From: Moniliella sp. 'wahieum' | Lineage: Eukaryota | Reading direction: 5' to 3' | Length of the DNA: 64,000 nucleotides | Assembly: GCA_003971905.1 (NCBI GenBank) | Contig: RSEE01000112.1 | Location: 62,001-126,000, forward strand | Part shown: piece by piece, positions 24,596-37,553 of the stretch | How the letters are laid out: every line of letters starts with the position of its first letter | Position numbering within the stretch: position 1 is the stretch's first letter | Notes under the pieces: generated by a model | What the model was told of the DNA's origin: nothing | The model's database searches: none | Seen by the model: only the letters and a program-made list of their open reading frames with translations | Program-made: the position numbers and the translations under genes

Positions 24596-25578
24596 CGTCC
24601 AAGGCAGTAAGTCGCTGCACGCATGTCTCCGCTGTTGGCCACCGTCGCCCTGCGCCTCGCCGGCCGCCTGGGAGAAAACACTGTCCACCCTCGATCCCCC
24701 TCGCACCCGTCTCCTGTCCCCCTTCGTTCTCTTAGCCTGCATGCGCTCCTTGATTGATCCCAACCGCGCTTTCTCCTTCTCCTCCCGCCACGACACGCAC
24801 CGCCATCCGCTTCCCTCTGAACGCTGCCTCTGCCCACCTGATCCACCTCCGCATTCAGCCTCCCCCGGGGTAGACCCACAGTCCGCACGTCTGTCAATAA
24901 CCGTTCCGGCAGCGGCCTGGATAGCATGGCGTCCATTCGCTCCTCAGCTCTCGGTCCTCAGTTCCTGTCCCGCTGTGACCCTTTTGGGCTCGCTCTGCTC
25001 CCTTGCCTGAGTCGGGGGGGGGGATCGATCGAGGGGTGATGCCGCTTCCTCAGGTAAGAATGTCCCGGCACGTCGGTACGTCGGTGTAGCTGTGTTCCCC
25101 TCCGCCCCGCTTAGTCTGGGTTGGGTCTGCGGGATGGCCGTGCCAGCCTGGGGCGCTGTGTGCGGCTCATCGCGTTCGGATTGCTGCGATTGTCCTAGGC
25201 AGAGTTTGTACCATGTGTTTTTTATGATGCCCACCCAAGGATGGGGCAGAAGCAAACGCAGGCACCAGCACCGCGTTCTTATCGAGCTCGTCGTGCTGTC
25301 TGCGTTCACTGGGGTGGAAACGCACGGTGAGGGGGCACCCTCTGATGAAGCAGAAGTGCAATCCTTATCCTTGTTGACGAGACGGGCGTTGGAAACGCTC
25401 CGCGTCCTCCCCGCCATGGAATGGCGCATCTCCTTTCCTACCCATTTGCCTGACCATAGCGTCGCGCACAAGGCCAGTGGGCATTGTGCTGTGCCCCGCG
25501 GGACAGACACGATGGCCGGGACTACATAGCCGTCGATCATCCATCCCATCCCCTCCGGTCCCGCCGACCTCCCCCCCC

Positions 25579-26493
25579 TCACCCGAACGTAACGTCCGAC
25601 CGGAGCACCCACTTGACTCCGGCCGTAGGTGGGCGCGCTTCGTGCAGCATGCATGCCTGTCCCCACACACGGTGCCCCACCCCACCGCCGCCGCCGCCGG
25701 CACGCCACCCAGGTCAGCAACCAACCGATACCGATTCGTTTGTGTCTCCCTTGGCAGTCGCAGCCGCTCGGAAGGGAGGGGGGGGGGGGGACGTACATCG
25801 CCATGGCGGTGGAGCAGTGCGGCGCCTCGTTCGAGCGGCATGACAATTTCCTTATCGGGTCGCTTGGCATGGTCCTGGTAAAACACCGTCTCGCCGCCTA
25901 CCACGCCATCTTGTGCGCCCGTCAGGTAAATGAGCAGTGTCCATTCTCTTTTTGCCCGTGATGGTATCCACCACACTACCATCGTAGTGCGCGCCAAACG
26001 CCTGGCCGGGCAGGTAACGGTACACACGAATGTTGGAGTTGAGACCGGTGGCGTGCAAGCCTTTGATCTTTCCTTCGCTGCCCACCCAGGTACGGCAGGC
26101 AGGCGCGAGCAACTGCCACAAGGTATGGGCAAACTGCACGTCCTCAATCGACCAGCGCTCGTTGCTACGACTCGCTTCGCCTCGTCGCGCCGGCGGCGGG
26201 GAGGAGGAAGGGTGGGCATCGCACGCCTGGATCAGCGCATGGCACTCTTGCCGAGTGAAAAAGTTGTGCACCACCCCCAGTTGGTCTGCTAGGCGCCAGT
26301 CGATCGAGCTGGGGTCCAACCCGGGCTGCGGCGCCAAGCGCGGCCACACCATGCGGGCCCCCGACCGGGACCCAGCACGTGGGCCGCCCGCCTTGCTCGG
26401 CGCTTGCGACGGTGCAGACTTGGATTTGGCTTTGGCTTTGGATTTGGGGTTGGAGGTGGTGGTGGCGGCGGGCGTGGACTTGGACTTGGCCAT
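25579..26493 (-). CDS. 2OG-Fe(II) oxygenase (prolyl 4-hydroxylase-like); one intron about 25660-25795
   Basis: NFFTRQEC, GLNSNIRVYRYLPGQAFGAHYD (HxD), WTLLIYLTG...GGETVFY, GAALLHRHG|.CMLHEA...GVKWVLRSDV. Confidence 0.88.
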
Positions 26494-27249
26494 GCTGCTC
26501 GCCGTGGGGAAGGCAGGTGGGTGGGGGGACGCGGCGGTGGTGGAACAGAGGTGGGAGAGTGCGGCTGCCCTCGCCGTGCCGTGACGTCAGCGGCTGCCCC
26601 TTCGGGTGGCGGCGGCACAGCGGAGCAAGAATGAAAGCCAGCAGTTCGAGACGCCCAACCGACCATTTCCACCCGCTGCGCACCAAGAAAGAAGCAAGAG
26701 GGGACGGAGAGACAAGAGCGGGGGGCGCTTCGTTCTTCGTTCTTCGTACTTCGTGCGCACACCCGCTCGCAGGAGCATCTCTTATGTGTGCAGAACTGCC
26801 GGTGAGCCCCACCAGCCATGGAGAACAGGTCATCTCGCTGCCTGCCCCCGCCCCTTTCCAGCAGCACAGCAACCATCACGAAACCCCCAGCGTCCATCAA
26901 AAGCAATATGTACGACGAGCGGATAAGACCCGCGGGTGGACCATATCCATACGAGGCCTGGGGCTAGGTCTGAAAGGCCTCAAACCATCAACGAACTCTC
27001 CCCCCTCACCCGCCAAAAGACCACGGATCAGTCCGCAAGCTTTGTGACATATGCGACCAATAAAGAAGATGAAAAAGAGAGCCAAGGGAAGCTGTGTGCC
27101 GATGTATACACTCAGCTGCACCCTAGAGGCCACCACCAAAAGAAAAGGGGAAAGCCGACAGAAAACCCAACTGTTCAAGTCAAGAGACCAAGAGAGATCG
27201 AGAGATGAAGAGAAAAAGAGAGAGAGAGTGCACAAGGCATCGATGCAAA

Positions 27250-30200
27250 TCACGCTCCCATTGTTTCCGCCAGCAACCGTTCCACCGTCTGGTTCAACCA
27301 CACTTTGCGGTCCACGAGCGACGTGGCGTACTTGCGCTCCAGCTGCAGTCGGACCTGCTTCTTGGTCAAGACGGACAAATCGGACGAGGCAAGCAAGGCG
27401 CGCACATCCGCCTCCAGTACCGCCTCGGACGGCGCGCCGGACGGGAACCGTACCCTCCTTCGCGCAACGATGCGGGCGCCGCCACCCACGCGCCCGGACC
27501 GACATAGCCGCCGTACCCGTGGCCCAGGTGGGACCCTTGGCCCGATCCGTTGTGCACCGAGCGCGAGGGAAGAGAACGGTGCACTGAGCCGGGCCCATAG
27601 TGCAGCGGGCTGGGCACGCCCGACGGGTAGCCCGCTGGGTGCACCGTTCCCTGTCCCGAGAAGGCGGGCGCGGGCAGCGGGTACCCACTCATCATCGAAC
27701 CCTCTGGATGCACGCCCGCCGCACCATACACCGACCCCGCCCCGTCCCAGGGGCTGTGGCCAAACAGACTGCCTTCCCCCTTGGCAGGCACGAAGTTGCT
27801 GCCCGCATACCCCGACGCCCACGACTTGGCCACCGAGCCGTAGTCCGATGCGAAGCCCGCTTGGGCGGATTTGGTGTCCAAGTCGGCGTGCGCGTCGAGC
27901 AGGGAGCCGACCGATCGGTTGGAGCCTTGCTCCCACAACTCGGTTTCGTACTCGGCCCATGTCTTGAGGGGAATTTCGGTGGGATCAAAAGTGCCCTCGT
28001 CGTGGATCACTACTTTTTTCCCCGTGTCGCCGGTCACGACGCGCGTGTTGCCCCAGGAAAAGTCGTCCATGTGCCAAAACGAGTAGAGCGGGAGAAAGAG
28101 GGACCAGACGGGGATACCACAAATGTAGACAACCATCCACCCAATCATCTCAAACTTGCGATGCAGGAGAAAGATGATGGCTTGCAGGCCGTAGATGGCG
28201 CAGAGGAGAATGATCGAGGTGAGCGGGATGCTGCCTTCGTGCGTGGCAACAACGACGATCAAGTACACAATGTAAGCCACCCGTAACAGGTGCAATCACC
28301 GTAGACAGAAGATCGATCATGACGATAAATCGCATGGAGAACTGGAGGTGAACGTGTCAATACATCGGTTCTCTCTTCCCTTGCCGCAAAAACAAATTAA
28401 GTGAACGCAAAGCATGGAGGAAGACGTACACAGCAAAACCCACACAGTCCCGGGGTCCAAATCAGCTCAAACAAATTGTGCACCGTCGAATTGATCCAAC
28501 GACGACGCTGGGACAACAGTACCTGCCATGAATTGGGTGCGGTCGTCTTGCACTTGGCGGGGCTGTAGAACTGGGTCTTGAACTGAGGAAAGTGCTTGAG
28601 AACAGGGTGGTGAGGTACCGATCTTCGCCCAGGTGGAGCAGGTTTTTGGTGTGCAACGTGTCCACCCGATTCTCACTGTACTCCTCCACCACAGAGGTGG
28701 CCACAAACAGGGGCCGATGCGTGTCGGGGGTACGAAGACGGAAGATGGAAAAGCAGCCGGGGCATGTGACGGAAGAGAAGAGCGACTCGAACGCTTTGGT
28801 CAGGTAGTGCGAGATGTAGTACTCGTACACTTGCAGCATGGTGATGATGCTCTCCTTGGCGTTGCTTAAGGCCGTTTCCCACAAAGGCCAATGACCTTCT
28901 TGTCTTTGGAGAAAAAGGAAATAAAGTGGGCAAGACACATGGTGTCCACCACCGTATCGGCGTCCACTTGCAGCACATACTCATAAAAGGATGGATTGAC
29001 GCCAATCACGTTCTTGATTTGATGATACATCTCCAACTCCATCGGGTTCATGGGGAACCAAAGTGGACCTTGTTAAAAAAGCGCATGAGGATCAACTGCG
29101 AATCCCGTTTGCCCCGGTTGCCTGGCCGGGACCGTTCGCTAGGCTTGCCTACCTTCACCACAACAAGGTAGGGCACCACGTGGCCCAAATTCGTACAGCC
29201 CCGAATACACCTTGGCCATATTGTGTTGCTTGGTGCCCTCGCCTAGGGAGAGGAAGGAGAGCGGTTCGGGGTCCACCTGCGGATTGGCCCCCAATACGTC
29301 CAACACGATTCGCGGCGTAGGACGATCGTTGCCACTGCCGACGATCATTCCGTCGCAGATGATCAGGAGCAGCTTGCGCTTGTCGTCGTACTTGAGGCTA
29401 GCGAGGGAATTGACCGTCTTGCGGATCTCTTCGTCACCCTCAGTGTAGCACGGCACTTGGCAAACAACAAACTTGTCCTGTTCGGGCGGCATCTGATGCG
29501 GAAGAACTGAAGCGCCGACAAGAACTTGAAGCCAATGATCGATACCATAAAGATCGACAGGGCAAGAAGGATGTAATTGGCAAACTTGCAAGCCGCATCG
29601 CTCCGATGATCCACCTCGCCAATGAGATACAGATTACGAAGACAGACCTTTTGGCGCGCCATCACGGCCGGGTCGATCTTGAGATCGCGCATCTTCTTGC
29701 TAATGTCGCCGCCTTGGGCGGACTTGAACAGCTGCACGATCGAGGGATCTAGGATCACAGGGCTGATCCCATCGGGTACCTGCTGCCCGTCCGGAGCCTG
29801 GAGCACGCCTTGGTCGCCTGGTTGACATAATCGGTAATCTCGTACACCTTGTCATCGTAAATCGCCACAATGCGGCCGTCGCTAACAAAAGTTTTCACCT
29901 CCGACTTGGTGTACCCCAAAAATCCCACCCGGGCCGTATACCGCATCACCCACATTGCTCATAGTACCAGTCGGGGCGAGCATCCGTGGTGTGAATGGAG
30001 CGGAAGTCGTGGTACTGCATGTTGGTGTCGGTCTCGTTGGTCGAGGAGAGCTGAACCCAGGGCGAGATGGAGCCCGTCACTCCGTTGCACAGTGCATTGA
30101 CTTGCACGGGGAAGATGGGGGTCGCATCTTGGCCCGCATAGCGCATAATCTGCTTGCTCGGCACGACGGGAATCGTAGACAGGTGGGTCTTGGCCAGCTT

Positions 30201-33200
30201 GGTCAGATCAAACACTTCGCCACGGATGGCTGTAAAGGCATGGGCTGGGTTCTTGTGGTTGGAAAACTCTTGCTGGTTGTACACATGCTGGGTGGGGCAA
30301 ATGATGCGGCCCATGACGGCGATCACAAAGACGGCGCATCCGCATACCAGCCAGATCATCATGTTGATGGCCAGCTTTTCCCGCCATGCCTGGCGAATGT
30401 CCAACGCTTCATCCCGCACCACTTGAGAACCAAGCTGGGGATCCAGAAGGTCAAGGCCCACGTAATTACGACCCATTCCTTACGCGCCGACGTCGCTTCC
30501 TCTTCCACCGCCACTGCTCCTTCTCTTCATCTCCCAGTTTGCGCATCACCTCCTCGTCCCCATCCTCGGCGTTGGTTTGGCCCGACGCACCGTTGCGCAC
30601 GCCCGCTGGCAATCCAGCAAACATATTCTCGGACGGGGCATAGGCCACCGACGCGGCAGCGACGGAACCGTCGGGACGGCTCAGTTCGGATCCCAAACTA
30701 CGTGCATCGGGGCCACCGCCCCCTCCGCTTCCCATGATTACCGGAGGATGAAGAAACTGGTCGGCATCCCTGCCGTCGTCGCCCAGTGTAAATGTGAGAT
30801 TGTGTTCCATATCGGTCGTACCATGATCTGCCACCGTATCCATCTCGTCCACAGGTGACCGACCCGTGATGTCTCGTCCACCAGCCCCTCAGGAGAGTAA
30901 GGGTCCACGTGTTCTTGCCGGGCCAAGGCCTGTTGGTCGGCCAGGACACGTCGATTGTGGGCACGCATTTCGTCCGGATCGCCAATCCGCAGCTCGTCCT
31001 CCAGCTCCCGAAAGGAGGCAAAAGCCAGAAAGACCTTGGACCGTCCTAGGGCAGCATGGTAATCGTCCCAGTCCATCACCTCCTTTGCGTCAGCGACCTT
31101 CTTCATCGCCTCACTTCCTTGGGCATACCCCATATCGAGTTTCTCCAACGACGCCGTCTCGGCGTACCGTTGGCAAAACTCAACGTATGTCATTCCCACA
31201 CTAAACTCGGTGACAAACCGACCCGCCATCTCGGCCAAACCGAGCAGGGCAACTTGGTCCTTGATCAACTGGACCTCCACTTGGTTCGGAATTTGGTTCT
31301 CATTGGGACGGATACAAAAGACAAACCACGGTTTGGTATTGTTGATCGTATCAAACAGGCCTTCGAGCGCTTCTTGAAACTCGCCCATCACACCACAGAT
31401 GGTGGCCTTGGAAAGCTTTTCGTTGTCTTGCTGGTAATTATCCTCGTCGTCATCCGCCGTTTTGTTGTTGGCCCCTTTAGGGCGCACCGTGCCGGCCCGG
31501 GTCAAACCTCCCGTCGCCCCATTCTTTCGTCGTACCGACGGGGTACGAGTGGGCTCAACCGACTGCTGCGCCACAACGACCGCTTGGTCGTTGCGCGGAT
31601 CCGAGATGGTTTTGAGCGTCTTGGAACTAAACAAGCCACGGACAAAACTCGAGCTGGAACCAGGCGAGCGCTCATGACGTGTGCCGCCGTGCGCGCCGGC
31701 CAAAAGGCGAACAAAGTCCGAGTTGATCTTTTCGTCATTCTGTTCCAATAGGTTTTCCGACGAGTAGGTAACAGGTCCAGCGTAGTGCGATATGGTAAAT
31801 GTGGCGAATCCGGAACGGCTGATAGGGCCCACTTTGAACGCAGGATGGTTGCCCCACGTTTGCCAAACGCGTCGACCATCGTGTGATTCGTCTTTTTGGC
31901 ATCCGGCGGGACTGGTCATCGATAATGTGAACCAAGCCGCCGGGGCGATTGAGAAAGAGACGCAAGCTTTCCGAATTGTCAAAGTAGCTCACCTCGGGCA
32001 GGATCGCGCTCAAGCCCTCGTCGGCATACTCGTCCGTTTTCGACTCAAAGAGCGAGTGAAGGCACCAGCGATGCAGATACTCGGTAGCAAAATTAGTAAC
32101 CAGTTGGTCCAGACGAGAAGAACCGGCGCTCCCATACCGTCCGCCCATCAGGGGCGTCGCGACAAATCCGGGCATGTCGACCAACCCCACGTAGCAATCA
32201 AAATCTTCCCGACTGAGCTTGGAATTGATTTGTTCGCCAATCCAGGTGGGGAAAGGAAGCTGTACAGGGTCTTGGCCAACTCATCCCGGTTGGCCCCGGC
32301 GCCTTGCGTGTCACACAACACAGTACAAACTTCGTGGCGGATGAGCTTGGTCTGGAAGGTAAGCGCTTCTTCCAACCCTTTGGTGGCCACGCCAAGATAA
32401 CGAGCGACCAAGGCGAGTGTTTCCCCATTTCGCACTTGGGCCGGGTCAGCGGTACGGTTGGAGTCTTGGTAAAAGTCCAGGTTGCCCAGGTGGAGGATGG
32501 CGGCGAGGATTTGGCAAATGTTAGCCACTTGACGTTGGCTCATGCCTACGTTTTTGAATGCATGTTTGAGTTTGGCCAACTTGAGTGCATCGGCACGAAC
32601 AAATCCAGGCTGAAGGGCTCGACTTCCTGCGCCGTGAAGGTACCGAAAGGGAGGCTGACTGCTCTGCTCGGACACGGGTGGGAAGGAGAGAAACTCCTTT
32701 TCTTCGTCGGACGCACCAGCAAAGAGGTAATGGAGTACATGAAACGTGCGGTCGCCTGAGGCATGTTCGACAACCAGCCGTTTCTGGAGGTAGTACTCGA
32801 GCATTTTGCAGCCCACCAGTTTGCCTGCCTCGGTGTATTGCAATTCAGTGTACCGCACCCGGCTGACGCGTCGGCATTGTCCGAGGCAAAGTGTTTGCTG
32901 AAACTGTCAAGGATAAACTCGGCGGCAGGACTTGGTATGCTAGCTTGCTCCCTTTTTTGCCTGGGGGCGGGACGCCCAGTTCGACGAGTGCCTTGACACC
33001 CAGGCGACGGATCTCCGACTTGCCCGACGCTGTTTCACCGCTGCGGGAGTTACGGTGAGAAGAGGGAAGAGTCAGCAACAGAAGGATATTGGGAGGAAGG
33101 GTGCCTAGCATTCTTAACGGAAACCACAGAGTATATGTTGGGGTAATAATGTACAAAAAAGAATGCGGGTATATTCGTGTAGTGGGGAAAGAGGCGGGAA

Positions 33201-33642
33201 AAGATGTGGAAAATACGAAGATAGATGGGGAAAATCCGAAAGAGAGAGAAGAGAAGAGGAAGACGAACGTACTCGATAAGAATCGATTGGTCCTGGCCGG
33301 TGCGCATCAGTAGTAGTACGCGCGTCCGATGAGCTGGAAGAGATGGGGAGGCAAGACGCCGGTGCGGCGCTGCTTGTGGGGCTCGCGGGCATCCGCAATG
33401 TATTCGCGCAAGGTCTCGAGGGCGTTGACGGAGGCCATGGCGGCAGCGGGGGTGGCTGGGGCGGGCGGTGGCGGTGGCGGCGGCTGGTGCAAAGGGATTG
33501 AGGGCCACCAGGACACTGTCGCTGAGGTCGGTGTAGACAAAGCCAGAGACGAAGCGGTCGCGCAGGCTGGCGGCGACGTGTCGCTGCGGATGCTGGGCAG
33601 CTCCGACAGGCGCTCGGATGCGCGCGGAGCGTATGCGGCCAT
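27250..33642 (-). CDS. mcs1: Class V chitin synthase with N-terminal myosin motor domain; introns 33041-33272 and 28342-28429
   Basis: Myosin motifs ([60 protein letters not shown]), AWREKLAIN, cytochrome-b5-like [83 protein letters not shown] and a C-terminal DEK_C domain. Confidence 0.96.
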
Positions 33643-35175
33643 GGCGAACGCACGGGTGGTGGTGGTGGTGGTGGTGGGGCAGGGCAGAGCAAGGGCGAGG
33701 TGCCAGAGGGTGCTCGAGGATATATACAACCGTTCAGCGTTAATAGCACCATCCATCCGACGCCGCCCATCAGCGCCCACTCTCTATATAACCCCGCGTT
33801 AAGCGCAGCGCAGCACACTGCTCCTGTGCCCTGCCGCCGCCCAAGTCCGATGCGCATCCCATGTGCAGCACTGCGACGCTCGGTGCAAGCGCCCGGTGGG
33901 GTGGGCAGCTGATCCTGATCTGCGCCTGCCCATGTCGATGATGAATGATGAATGACGGTAACGGCGGCTCCATCCCACCCCGCCTGCTCTGCTCGCACCA
34001 CTGCCCTATGAATATCAACCCATCGGGAAAAGGCAGGCGAGGCGGGGATGAGGGTAGAAGGCAACAGAGGCAGGGGGATGCAGAAGAAAGATAGAAAGAA
34101 ACGTGGGAAACGCCGCCCCACCTCAAGGAAGATAGATCCATCCAAGATGCATTGACGCGGGGCGAGAAGGATAACCGACGAGGGGACGTAGAATTCGCGG
34201 GAAACGGACGAAGCTACAATTTGTCAAAGGGAAAAGGGGGGCACTGTCACGGGCGGGCGCCGCCAGGGGGCCCGCCCTGGGGTTTTTGGGGGTACAATCC
34301 CTTAGGCGACGGTAGGTCGACTCACGGTAGTTTCGGGCTTAGGCTCTGGTTGGTGTGTCCGAGCGGAGCTAGGGACGAGGAGAGGCCTTTGGTGGGGCGG
34401 CTGCACGTGTGGCAAGGCTGCGTCTGCACCGGCTTGGGCCGTAGTAACGTGTCTGAAGCCTCCGGGACTTGGGGACGGGAGGAGGAGGCAGCGGCGGACA
34501 AACACTGCCTTGACTGGGACTGGGAATCGCCGCGACCGAAGGAGGGCTCGCGCGATTGGACTGACGAAGGGCTGGAGGACGAGGTCGGAGGAGATGTCGG
34601 GCGCTAACAAGAGGAGCTGCCTGCACTGGATCAATTGGCTGGAAAACGGGCAGGAGTCGGACAGGATAGGCGGGAAAGGGACGAAAGTGGAGACGAGAGG
34701 ATGACGAGAGTGGAAGGTCGGGAAAAAGATCCCCATCAACCAGGGGTACAGGCAGGATCAAAAGGGAAACGGATACAAGAGGGTGTGTAGAAAGGAAGAC
34801 ATGTCAAAAGCGGGGTTGGTCGCCACAGGCGCGACCGAGAAAGGAAAAGGAAACGGGGATGGGGCGACAGTCGTCGCCACGGCACTGGAAGCTCGGTGGC
34901 CTTATTTAGGCCGGCCGACTTGGACTTGGGCGGGGGGCGACGATTGTCGCGCGGAGCATGGCCCTTCGGCCACGATACTTAATTTAGCCAACCATCATCA
35001 CACTTGGTTGGCCTGCGGAGCACGCTCTACTGGGCATGTGCGGAGCAGGCGGCCTTAGCTTGGGTCGGACCATCTCGTGTCCGCCGCAGCCCGTGACAGG
35101 CACAGGGTGGTAAAGGGTGTTGTGGCAAGCCAAGCCAACTAGGGTTGCGTACCAACGCAACGGTTGTTCTTGCGG

Positions 35176-37553
35176 TCATTCAAGGTGTTCCCGTTCCTCT
35201 TGCTTGGGGATGCGCAGCAGGAAGGTAACGGCCAACATCAACGCCAACAATGCCCCGCCCAGATCAAACCACCAGATCGCTTGTAACGTCTCCATCGTCG
35301 TTCCCTGCGCCGAACCGTACTCCCTATGTCCACCTGGACCAATCCACGACGTCCCATTGAGCCCCACGTGGCGGTACTCGGGCTTGAGGGTGAGGGACAG
35401 GACGGGGTACCCTTTCTCGCCCACGCTCGAGCCCCCGTTTCAGATACGGAGGTCATAATGGCTTGGGAAATGTTTGGAGCGTGACAAGCGCCGACCGGCA
35501 ACGCCTTGGTACCGCCGCGACACGTTGCTGTGATGAAGATGGAGGCTGCAGCAAAGGTGAGGTCCGGGGTGAACTGAACCGAGGGTGCGAGGCAGAAGCA
35601 TAACAAACAAAAGGTGAGTTGGTTGTCATAGGTGGGGTGACCCCACACAAGTTCCCATCATATGTGACTTCGTACGTACAGTGGAGAGAAAGATGCCCGG
35701 CATGGATAAGGCGTAGTAGCTCGTGTTGGGATTGTTGCACAGGAAAAATGCCGAGCCTGTTGCCGAGGCCAGACAGCCCACGCTAAAGATCACGTGGCCC
35801 GGGAGCAAGTGGAAGAGGCGGCCGACGGAAAACGTGGCCAAGATGCCAGCGACAAAGTTGGGGATCAGTAGAGCGCCGCCGTCATGCCGTCGGCACCTTG
35901 GAAGCGCAGCCAGAATTGGATGGCATAGAATTGGAACGAAGTAAACGAGCCCATCGACATGAAAAACACGGCACTGAGGCTCGAAAAGCCCTTGACGCGC
36001 CACAGGCCGTTGGGCACGATGGGGTCCTCGACCTTGGACTCGACATAGACAACACAGCTGCGCAAACAGGCCGCCACACCATACCACACCCATCATCGCC
36101 CCCACGTCAGACCACGTGCACGCCAACACAAGACACGAACCAAAACACGTACGAAGTAAGATCAGTCCCACAATCACCGTCACATAGGTAACGGCGCCCA
36201 ATGCGCGCTGCTCCCCTGCGTCAGACCAAACACGATCAATCCTACCGACGAGACGGCGAGGATGGCACCAGGAAAGTCAAACTTGCGTGCCGGGTGGGGC
36301 TTGGCGTCTCAGCAGTTCAAAGCGCCGTACGGTCCGCTCGGTCGGTGCGTACCGCGCCGCCAAAAGGAACAGGACCCCGGTAATGATGCGTTGACACCCG
36401 AGATCCAAGGTAGATGATGTTGGAAGGCACCGGCAAGAATGCCCCCGTCAAGTACCCCGTCGGACCCATCCCCCCCATGACGGAAAACACAACGGTTTTG
36501 CGCCGCCCGGGCTTGTAGATTCGGCCCAGGTAGCTATTGTATCCAAGGGAGGGGTCCGCGAGAAGGTATTAGTAATTTGCAAGGAATGTGTGCATGGGTA
36601 GGTAGGACGAGGAGGGAGGGGGGGAAGGCGTACCTGATACTAGCGGATGTCATTCCTGCCACACCAAGACCGAGGAAGGCACGAATAATCAGGTAGACGA
36701 TCCCGCTGTTGTTCCCGATCGCGGCACCCAAGATGGAACTAAACGTAAGCCAGAGAAGCGAGCTAAGAATCATGATTCTCGCCCCAAACATATCTGCCAA
36801 CGCACCGGCGACGACGACCATGACGCCGTTGGAGAGGGAGTAGGCGCGGACAACCACGGCGCCTGCGAGTTGGGCATGTGGAACCGTTCGAGCAGCTGCT
36901 TTTGCAGCACCATGGCGTTGCCTAGGTAATGCGCAAAAGGCCCTGGCCCACACAACATGATCGCAACAAACGCCACCTCGGCCGTGGCAGTGGGCAAGAT
37001 GACCGGACGCTGTTGGAGATATTGCCCTCGCGCGAATTTTCTTCGGCGTACGTGTCGGCCTGAAGACCCGGTTGGTGCTGCCGCAGAGCGCGGAGAGCAA
37101 TGCCAACATCTTGCAGGTCCGCCTCGCTGGGTTCCTCAGGGGTCATCTGTTTCGCCACCCAGCGCACCGCGCGGGCCAGCGTCGTGTGCACTGGCCCCTC
37201 GGTCGTGGGAGGAGCCGGGCACCCGCTGTGCTTGGCGATGGGAGCGACGTGGCGCCCTCCGCACCGGCGTCCTTGGCCGCGGTTCGGTCGGTTTGATGCG
37301 AAGCCGGCTGAGCCGCGATGCCCAAGACGGACAACTCGGCGTAGGGCGTGCTGGGCTCGGAAACTTTGGAAAAGGAAGGCCGACGACTGATGTCGGGCGT
37401 CTTCCAGGTGTCCTCGGCGGTGGCGGCGCCGGTGGCCCGCCGCTCGTACGGCAGCGTGTTCGTTTGCCCTGCTGGGAACATATCGAGCCCATCGGACGAG
37501 GTGCGTGCGAAGGCGCTGGGCCCGCTGTGCTCGTGGGGGCGTGGCGCTGACAT
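35176..37553 (-). CDS. Major facilitator superfamily drug:H+ antiporter (DHA2/Atr1-like), about 3 introns
   Basis: Long hydrophilic N-terminus, then AYSLSNGVMVVVAGALADMFGARIM, IIRAFLGLGVAGMTSASI, YLGRIYKPGRRKTVVFSVMG, DPIVPNGLW, QFYAIQFWLRFQG, SYYALSMPGIFLST|FTPDLTFAAAS and TLQAIWWF. Confidence 0.88.

Noticed and set aside
24944..25530. ORFs on both strands between SYM1 and the 2OG-Fe(II) oxygenase
   Set aside because: No family signal and ambiguous strand; cannot be supported without expression data.
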